Assembly (NCBI GenBank): GCA_050012475.1
Contig: JBEKHC010000108.1
Location: forward strand, 1 to 16,094
Direction: 5' to 3'
DNA length: 16,094 nt
From: Candidatus Velthaea sp.
GTDB taxonomy: Bacteria > Vulcanimicrobiota > Vulcanimicrobiia > Vulcanimicrobiales > Vulcanimicrobiaceae
Part shown: positions 1 through 5,936 of the stretch, piece by piece
Position numbering within the stretch: the stretch's first letter is position 1
How the letters are laid out: every line of letters starts with the position of its first letter
Notes under the pieces: model-generated
The model's database searches: none
What the model was told of the DNA's origin: nothing
What the model saw: only the letters and a program-made list of their open reading frames with translations
Made by a program: the position numbers and the translations under genes

Positions 1-1390
1 CGATCGCGCCAACCTGGACGGATCGTTCCGCGAGTGCCGCCATCGCGGCAGTTGCCGTTTGCGAGACGGTTTTTAGTTCGGCGATCGTCGCAGCCGTTTC
101 GGCCACGGCCGAGGTGCCCGTTTTGGCTTCCCCGGCGGCTTCACGCGCGGAAGTCGCCAGCGCGGCTCCCTCGGCGTCGAGCCCGCCGATGCCCTCGTCC
201 AAAGCACGCACAGCTTGCATGGTCGCCGCGATCGAATTCGCCTGATCCGAGGCGACCATTGCAATTTGGTCGGCGGTGCGGCTCAACTCTTCGACGGCCG
301 TGGCGGTCGTCGCTATCTGTTCCGATTGATCGACCGCCCCGGCGGCAACTTGGTCAATTGCCGAGGCGATCTCGCTCACTGCCGCTGCAGACTGTTTCGC
401 TGCCGCAGTTGCTTCATCAGAAGCCGCCGCAAGAGATTTCGCGGTCGTGGAGACGATGCCGATAATGTCGCGCAGATTTCCAAGCATCAAGTCAAGACTC
501 GTTCCAAGACGATCGTCTTGGCTAGTCGCGACTCGGGTCGACGTGAGGTCGCCCGAAGAAATCGCCTCGGCGACGCCGACCATGCGTCCCTGGTAGGTCA
601 CCATTGAGCGAAATGAATCTGCGAGCGTGCCAAGTTCATCCCGCGAAGGCTTGGGCAAGAACTCCTGGACGGCAACGTCACCGACTGCGAGGCGGGCGGC
701 AGCCAGCGTCAGCTTTTTGAGCGGCACGGCGATGATGCGAGCGAAGCCAAACATCAGCACCCCGATGATAAGCAGTCCGCCGATCACCAATCCGATGATC
801 AACGTCGCGCCAGATGAAGCTGTAGCGGTAACGGCAGCGTTCGCCGCCGCAGCGTCAGCGCTTTCGTCTTTGGTAAGTTGAACGAATTCGTTCGTCAGGG
901 CATCCGAGACGTCGCTGTTATCTACCGTAACTGCGCGAGTCGCACCGACGAATTCTCCTGCCAGTGCCAGCGTGCGCATCGATCGGGTAAACGTGTCGTA
1001 CTTCGCTAGATCGGCCCGAATTTTTGCGAGCGTCGCGCGATCCCCGGCGGAATCAAGTAAGGGTTCGATCTGCGCGAGCAGCGGGTCAACGGCGGCACGA
1101 GCTACGCCAACCTGCTTGAAGGTCGTCTCTGCGAGCGCGTGCTGCTTGGGATCGCGTAGATCGACGAGCGCAACGTACATATTTGACTGGTCGTCTGCGA
1201 ATGTCCAGTGTTCATAAGCACTGGCTGCCGAAGCCGCTACGATATTTGCGTTGTGTTCCGCCAGCGCGTGTTCGGCAAGCGGCGCATAGTTCCGGGCGAC
1301 GAGCGTCAAGCTCACGGTGAGAATGAGCGCGATCACCAGGCTGATAACAGCAAGTTTCGCGCCAATCTTAAGGTTCTTGAGAACGTCCAT
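1..1390 (-). CDS. Methyl-accepting chemotaxis protein, 3'-truncated by window edge (TM1, periplasmic sensor, TM2, two HAMP domains, start of signalling helix)
   Basis: Hand translation from ATG at 1390 is open to the window edge: MDVLKNLKIGAKLAVISLVIALILTVSLTLV (TM1)...LIIGLVIGGLLIIGVLMFGFARIIAVPLKKLTLAAARLAVGDV...SRDELGTLADSFRSM (TM2+HAMP)...AEAISSGDLT...DDRLGTSLDLMLGNLRDII (second HAMP)...AVEELSRTADQIA...LAERSVQVGAI. AGGAG lies 7 nt upstream of the ATG. Missing from the ORF track, presumably because no stop codon is in the window. Confidence 0.93.
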   Translation of the reverse strand, partial: MDVLKNLKIGAKLAVISLVIALILTVSLTLVARNYAPLAEHALAEHNANIVAASAASAYEHWTFADDQSNMYVALVDLRDPKQHALAETTFKQVGVARAAVDPLLAQIEPLLDSAGDRATLAKIRADLAKYDTFTRSMRTLALAGEFVGATRAVTVDNSDVSDALTNEFVQLTKDESADAAAANAAVTATASSGATLIIGLVIGGLLIIGVLMFGFARIIAVPLKKLTLAAARLAVGDVAVQEFLPKPSRDELGTLADSFRSMVTYQGRMVGVAEAISSGDLTSTRVATSQDDRLGTSLDLMLGNLRDIIGIVSTTAKSLAAASDEATAAAKQSAAAVSEIASAIDQVAAGAVDQSEQIATTATAVEELSRTADQIAMVASDQANSIAATMQAVRALDEGIGGLDAEGAALATSAREAAGEAKTGTSAVAETAATIAELKTVSQTATAAMAALAERSVQVGAI

Positions 1391-1412
1391 GTAAAGGCTC
1401 CTAACAGGACCG

Positions 1413-1440
1413 TTATCGGCAAACATTTACCTAGTACTTG
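1413..1440 (-). promoter_or_regulatory. Putative sigma28 (FliA/SigD) promoter for the MCP gene
   Basis: Minus strand reads CAAG-N16-GCCGATAA. The -10 (1420-1413) matches the sigma28 consensus GCCGATAA exactly and ends 22 nt upstream of a chemoreceptor start. The -35 is a weak match to TAAA. Confidence 0.6.
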
Positions 1441-1634
1441 GTTTGCCGCTGGCTTCGCCCACGGGGCGTGCGTATCGATTGCTTTACCAACCGAGATTGC
1501 ACGCGCGTAGAGATTGCTTGACCAGCCGCCCGGACTTAACAAACGACCCTCCGCCAACCGATGCCTAGTCTAGAGCAGCGACTCTGGCGGCCGAAGGCCA
1601 CGCACCCCTACACACCGGAGCGCTGAGAACTCGA

Positions 1635-1673
1635 GATGAGCGATCGACCTTTTTAAATCGCTCGTTGTTTTTT
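1635..1673 (+). terminator. Intrinsic-terminator-like hairpin in the leader of the 1689 gene
   Basis: GATGAGCGAT (1635-1644) pairs with ATCGCTCGTT (1657-1666), 8 Watson-Crick plus 2 G-U pairs, followed by GTTTTTT (1667-1673), ending 15 nt before the ATG at 1689. Confidence 0.45.
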
Positions 1674-1688
1674 GGCATGGAGCGGCCC

Positions 1689-3668
1689 ATGAAGTTTCGG
1701 AATCTCGCGCAAAGCGCTGCAATGGCTGCAATGACGATCGGCATTGCCCTCGGGCTGTCAGCGCTTCCGGGACAAGCGCGCCAAAGCGCTCCAGCGTCAG
1801 CGATGCCCGAGGTGCCGGTTCCAAGTTCGGCGCCAACGCCAGCGCCAACGGCAACACCAACGCCAACGCCAACGCCAACGCCGCGTCCGCTTGGGCTTCA
1901 TATCAGCAGCAGTGCGGGGTTGACGTTTGTCGGACAGAACGCCGGCGGCCCCGGAACACTCGCGCCTGAAGCGCCCAACTGGATATCGGGCACTTCGCCG
2001 TTAGCGCCGAACACGCCATACGATCTCTTTTCCAGCACACCCGAGGTCAGCGGTAATGCCGGCATCCTCAGTATCACGTCGAGCGCTGACTACGGCTCCG
2101 GAGCCTTCGACTTTGGCGTGAGCGCGGGATTCGAGAACGTGCGAGGGAGCGTCACCAATGCTGCGTATCTCGGTGAGAATCTCATGCCAACCCTCAATCC
2201 GCACCTGGGCTCGCAAGCACTACCCTATGCGGTGCGTTTTCCGACACATCCGGGTCAAGACGATGGCACGGCAACACGCCTTTCCATCCTCTCGGGAAGA
2301 ATCACGACGGCGGACGGCAACCTGGGCTTGCGAGCCGGTTGGATCGATCTCGGACAGACGGATCGCTTTGTTTTTGCGCAGCCGAACCTCACCAATCTCA
2401 ACCCCGCGATCGCGTACGCGCCGCCCGAAACGCTAAGCAGCGGCCTCGCCGGACTCGACAGCTGGCAGCCCGTCTCGAACGCGTTGCCGTTGCAAGGCCT
2501 CGACCTTATTGCCAAGCACGGCCTCGCAACGATGGAGGCAACGGATGCCGCGTTGCCGGCGCAACCGGGGTACTCCGCCCGCCTGATGATGGGATCGTTC
2601 GTCCTCGATCACGGTGAGGGAACGCGCTTCTCCGCCCAAATACTGCACGCGACTGCCGCCGGAATGCCGTTTCTGACGACGGTGCCGTTCGGTGAAGATC
2701 CCGCTTTCACGCTGTATTCGCAGGGCGTTATCGGCACGAGCACCTTGAGCGGCCAGCGCGAAACGATTGCCGGCGCGCGCGGCGCATTTCACGTTTTGCC
2801 GGCACTAGGTCTCGATGGAGTCGCCGAAATCGGCCGCTCGTGGTACGACTCCACGCTCGCGGCGCAGCCCGGGACGTCCTCACCCGGTGGATTCTATCAC
2901 GCAGGTGTGCTCGAAACGGGCGGGCACCTTTCCGAATCGGTCGACTTCTATCGAATGGAACCCCGCTATGCGACCATGATCTTGCCCTACGGTGTGCCCG
3001 AAAACACCTGGGGCGCTACGTTCGCCTGGCCTGGGCTCTGGCCGGTCGGGAACTATCAGCTCGTCGACAATACCGCGGTCGCGGCGAACCGCGAAGGCTA
3101 CCGGCTGCGCGTCGCCCTCGATAAGACGCCGGTCGAGGTGCACGTCCAATACACGAACGTCCGGCAGATCGAGGCCGAGACGGTCGTCTCATCGCTGCAG
3201 ACGGGATTTCTGGACCCCTACTATCTTCCGCAACAAGCCGGCGCGGCGACATTCGGTCGGCAAAAACACATCGGTCTTTGGGCCGCGTGGCATCCCGCAT
3301 TCGGCGACATCACGCTGGACCTCATCGACGACATGCTTTACCGGCCCTTTGTCGCGGCGCATCCCGAAGATGGCGTGTCCTACGAAGTACCGCAAGCCGT
3401 GTTGGCCTACGCCCGGCACCTGTCCCCGAATGTGGTTGTCTCGACCGGCCTTGGGCGCTTCGCGGTCAAGGGAACCTTCAGCGAACCGATCGACTTCAGC
3501 GAACGGCTTCTTTTCGCCGGAGTCGAGGTCGCTCAAACACCGCGCTCATCATTCCTGGTGAGCGCACGGCGCACAGTTTCCGGGGGCAAAACGAGTTACC
3601 CAAGTCTCCCCCTCTCGCCAGACTATACGGGGACGGCACTCGTCGTGGAGCAGCGTCTGCAGTTCTGA
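1689..3668 (+). CDS. Exported hypothetical protein, 659 aa, with Pro/Thr linker; probable outer-membrane beta-barrel
   Basis: GGAG precedes ATG 1689 (preferred over TTG 1665). Signal-peptide-like MKFRNLAQSAAMAAMTIGIALGLSALPGQA, then APTPAPTATPTPTPTPTP linker, many Gly/aromatic-rich strand-like segments, and C-terminus ALVVEQRLQF with the terminal Phe typical of BAM substrates. Confidence 0.8.
   Translation: MKFRNLAQSAAMAAMTIGIALGLSALPGQARQSAPASAMPEVPVPSSAPTPAPTATPTPTPTPTPRPLGLHISSSAGLTFVGQNAGGPGTLAPEAPNWISGTSPLAPNTPYDLFSSTPEVSGNAGILSITSSADYGSGAFDFGVSAGFENVRGSVTNAAYLGENLMPTLNPHLGSQALPYAVRFPTHPGQDDGTATRLSILSGRITTADGNLGLRAGWIDLGQTDRFVFAQPNLTNLNPAIAYAPPETLSSGLAGLDSWQPVSNALPLQGLDLIAKHGLATMEATDAALPAQPGYSARLMMGSFVLDHGEGTRFSAQILHATAAGMPFLTTVPFGEDPAFTLYSQGVIGTSTLSGQRETIAGARGAFHVLPALGLDGVAEIGRSWYDSTLAAQPGTSSPGGFYHAGVLETGGHLSESVDFYRMEPRYATMILPYGVPENTWGATFAWPGLWPVGNYQLVDNTAVAANREGYRLRVALDKTPVEVHVQYTNVRQIEAETVVSSLQTGFLDPYYLPQQAGAATFGRQKHIGLWAAWHPAFGDITLDLIDDMLYRPFVAAHPEDGVSYEVPQAVLAYARHLSPNVVVSTGLGRFAVKGTFSEPIDFSERLLFAGVEVAQTPRSSFLVSARRTVSGGKTSYPSLPLSPDYTGTALVVEQRLQF
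1830..1883 (+). repeat. Imperfect hexamer tandem repeat (CCAACG)n encoding the Pro-Thr linker
   Basis: gcgccaacgccagcgccaacggcaacaccaacgccaacgccaacgccaacgccg; four perfect CCAACG units at 1857-1880. Confidence 0.9.
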
Positions 3669-3808
3669 GCGGGGCGCTGGGTTCGCGCGGCGTTCCTCTA
3701 CGGCCGTGCCCAGTGCGCATTGCACCGGAGGAAGGCGTCCAAAGTCACTGCGAGCAATCGCGTTCGGTGTGGTACGCTTTCCTGGCTACCGCCCGGAGGA
3801 ACGCGCTC

Positions 3809-4030
3809 ATCAAAACCATCGTCTTTGCACTCGCCGCAGCGTGCCTGGTCGCGTCTCCCGTTCAAGCTTCGTCGCCGCCGCCCGCGCCGCACGCGACGTA
3901 CTATGTGACCAACGGCCGGAAGACGGTGGCTGGCCCATTCCGCAGCTATTACGATTGCAGCAAGCGACTCGCCACGCTTACAAAACCACTCAACGATTCG
4001 TTGTTTTGCGCCTCGACTTGGATTCGTTGA
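3809..4030 (+). CDS. Small secreted protein, about 73 aa, with two Cys; apparent ATC start
   Basis: GGAGGA (3795-3800) sits 8 nt before ATC-AAA-ACC, giving (M)KTIVFALAAACLVASPVQA, a typical signal peptide, then SSPPPAPHATYYVTNGRKTVAGPFRSYYDCSKRLATLTKPLNDSLFCASTWIR. Alternative in-frame GTG at 3767. Confidence 0.65.
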   Translation: MKTIVFALAAACLVASPVQASSPPPAPHATYYVTNGRKTVAGPFRSYYDCSKRLATLTKPLNDSLFCASTWIR

Positions 4031-4054
4031 GCCGCATCGAAACGTCCGATCAGA

Positions 4055-5329
4055 TTAAATAACGTCCGAGCGCGGGCCGGCGCCGCGGCATTGGGCGGCT
4101 CGGTCGAGCAGCAGCGCGCGGTCGCGCGAATTTTGCGCGAGCGAAGCGGCGCGTTCGAACTCCGCCCTGGCTTCATCGTAGCGCCCGAGCTTATCAAGCA
4201 GATCGGCGCGCACGCTAGGCAGCAGGTGATACGCCCTGAGCGCCGGCTCGCCGACGAGTTCGTCGACGAGTTGAAGGCCCGCGGCGGCCCCGTACGCCAT
4301 ACCGACCGCAACGGCGCGGTTGAGGAACACGACCGGCGAGGGCGTCGTTTGAGCGAGCGCGTCGTAGAGCGCCGCGATCCGCGTCCAATCGGTGGCCGCG
4401 GCCATAGGCGCACAGGCGTGGCATGCGGCGATGGCCGCTTGCAGCGCGTAGAATCGGCCGCCGCCGCCCAGCCGTTGGGCGCGCTCGAGCGCGGCCAGCC
4501 CGCGCCGAATCTGCAGATAGTCCCACTTCCCGCGGTCTTGCTGGAGCAGCAGGATCGGCTCGCCCGATATCCCGACGCGCGCCCGCGAGCGCGACGCTTG
4601 GAGCTCCATGAGCGCGACGAGCGCGTGCGCCTCGGGCTCATCACCCGCAAGCTCTGAGAGCACGCGTCCGAGCCGCAGTGCATCCTCGCACAGCGCCGGC
4701 CGCATGACGTCATCTCCGGCCGTCGCCGCATACCCTTCGTTGAAAACCAGATACAGCACTTCGAGGACCGACGCCAAGCGCGCCGCGCGCTCGGCCTTCG
4801 GCGGCACCTCGAACGGAATGCGGGCCTCGGACAGCGTGCGCTTCGCGCGCACGATGCGTTGCGCGATGACCGGTTCGCCGACGAGAAACGCCCGCGCGAT
4901 CTCTACCGTGGTCAACCCGCCCAGTAGACGCAGCGTCAGAGCGACACGCGATTGGACCGACAGCACCGGATGGCAAGCAATGAAGATCAGCCGCAGCATA
5001 TCGTCGCGGATGTCGTCGACCGTGTCGGCGACATCCGGATGGGCCTGACCATTCAGCTGCACCTCGTACACGATTTCATCGTGCTTGCGCTCGAGCACGC
5101 CGTCACGCCGGAAGCGATCGATGGCCCGGCGTTTTGCGATGGCCATGAGCCAGGCACCCGGGTTGCGGGGGATACCTTCTTGCGGCCACTGCGAGAGCGC
5201 CGCAACGAAGGCATCCTGCGCGAGTTCCTCGGCTAACCCGACGTCGCGGATCATGCGCGCGAGGGCCGCGATGAGCTTGGGCGACTCGATGCGCCACAGA
5301 GCATCGACGGCGCGGTGCGTATCGAGCAC
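4055..5329 (-). CDS. ECF RNA polymerase sigma factor with C-terminal TPR-like extension (ECF42 type)
   Basis: Region 2 LAEELAQDAFVAALSQWPQEGIPRNPGAWLMAIAKRRAIDRFRR; DDMLRLIFIACHPVL; region 4 GGLTTVEIARAFLV...AQRIVRAKRTL; YLVFNEGY; C-terminal helical extension with LQAAIAACHA and LNRAVAV. Directly downstream of a DGPF gene. Confidence 0.93.
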   Translation of the reverse strand: MLDTHRAVDALWRIESPKLIAALARMIRDVGLAEELAQDAFVAALSQWPQEGIPRNPGAWLMAIAKRRAIDRFRRDGVLERKHDEIVYEVQLNGQAHPDVADTVDDIRDDMLRLIFIACHPVLSVQSRVALTLRLLGGLTTVEIARAFLVGEPVIAQRIVRAKRTLSEARIPFEVPPKAERAARLASVLEVLYLVFNEGYAATAGDDVMRPALCEDALRLGRVLSELAGDEPEAHALVALMELQASRSRARVGISGEPILLLQQDRGKWDYLQIRRGLAALERAQRLGGGGRFYALQAAIAACHACAPMAAATDWTRIAALYDALAQTTPSPVVFLNRAVAVGMAYGAAAGLQLVDELVGEPALRAYHLLPSVRADLLDKLGRYDEARAEFERAASLAQNSRDRALLLDRAAQCRGAGPRSDVI

Positions 5330-5336
5330 GACGCAG

Positions 5337-5756
5337 CTATTCGCTGGGGCCGATCTTCGCGCGAAGTTGCTGCTCTTGCTCGCTCAGCTCGGGCGTGAGC
5401 ACGGGGCCGAAATCCTCCATTTCGTAGATTTGGCGGATCTCGATCTGCTCGGCGTTATCGAACGGGCAGCGCTCGAACCACGCAATCGCCTCTTCTTTCG
5501 ACTTGGCCTGGATGATCCAAAAGCCCGCAATGAGCTCCTTTGTTTCGGCAAACGGTCCGTCGACGACCGTCGGCCGGTCGCTCCCGAATGTGAGTCGAGC
5601 GCCCTTCGATGTCGGCTGCAAGCCTTCACCGGCCAGCAGCACGCCGGCGTTCGCCAACTCGGCGTTGAAGTTACCCATCGACTCGAGTAACTTTGACTCC
5701 GGCAAGACACCGGCTTCGCTTTGTGTGGTGGCCTTGACCAGTACCATGAATCGCAT
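5337..5756 (-). CDS. DGPF / YciI-family protein
   Basis: MRFMVLVKA start, GVLLAGEGLQPTSKGARL, signature VDGPFAETKELIAGFWII, IEIRQI; the usual partner of ECF42 sigma factors. Confidence 0.93.
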   Translation of the reverse strand: MRFMVLVKATTQSEAGVLPESKLLESMGNFNAELANAGVLLAGEGLQPTSKGARLTFGSDRPTVVDGPFAETKELIAGFWIIQAKSKEEAIAWFERCPFDNAEQIEIRQIYEMEDFGPVLTPELSEQEQQLRAKIGPSE

Positions 5757-5792
5757 CGTTCCGTCCCTTCAAAAAGCCGCTAACAAACAGTC

Positions 5793-5819
5793 GTCGGACG
5801 AGGGTCGCGAAAATCGACA
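5793..5819 (-). promoter_or_regulatory. ECF42-type promoter of the DGPF-sigma operon
   Basis: Minus strand reads TGTCGA (5819-5814), 17 nt, CGAC (5796-5793), matching the described ECF42 motif TGTCGA / CG(A/T)C. An A-rich tract GAAAAAAT lies upstream. Confidence 0.75.
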
Positions 5820-5936
5820 GCGGCGCAAAGATTTTTTCGCCAGCAATTTCGCCGCTCGCCGGTATGCCGGGAGGACGTTCGCTCTCTCGGCCTGATCGAC
5901 CGCCGCCTTCATGCCCCGACAGCCGGAACGCATGGT

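Noticed and set aside
1395..1450. c-di-GMP-I (GEMM) riboswitch before the MCP, suggested by GGCAAACC on the minus strand
   Set aside because: The GNRA-capped stem and the following GACGCAAAGC segment are absent, and the sequence overlaps the predicted promoter.
1477..1517. Sigma54 promoter at the TTGC motifs
   Set aside because: None of the three has GG at the required GG-N10-GC spacing.
1576..1630. Glycine, ZTP or TPP riboswitch (fragments CTCTGG, GCCGAAGG, CTGGCG...GGAGCG, GCTGAGA)
   Set aside because: Lacks GGAGAG and CTCTCAGG (glycine), the downstream CGCCTGG pseudoknot partner (ZTP) and ACCTGAT (TPP). Kept only as an unassigned leader.
1570..1878. Minus-strand ORF MALALALVLPLALALAP resembling a signal peptide
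   Set aside because: It is the antisense reading of the Pro/Thr repeat of the plus-strand gene.
3278..3808. N-terminal part of the 250-aa ORF 3278-4030
   Set aside because: Arg-rich off-frame overlap with the 1689-3668 gene; only the last 73 or so codons look like a protein.
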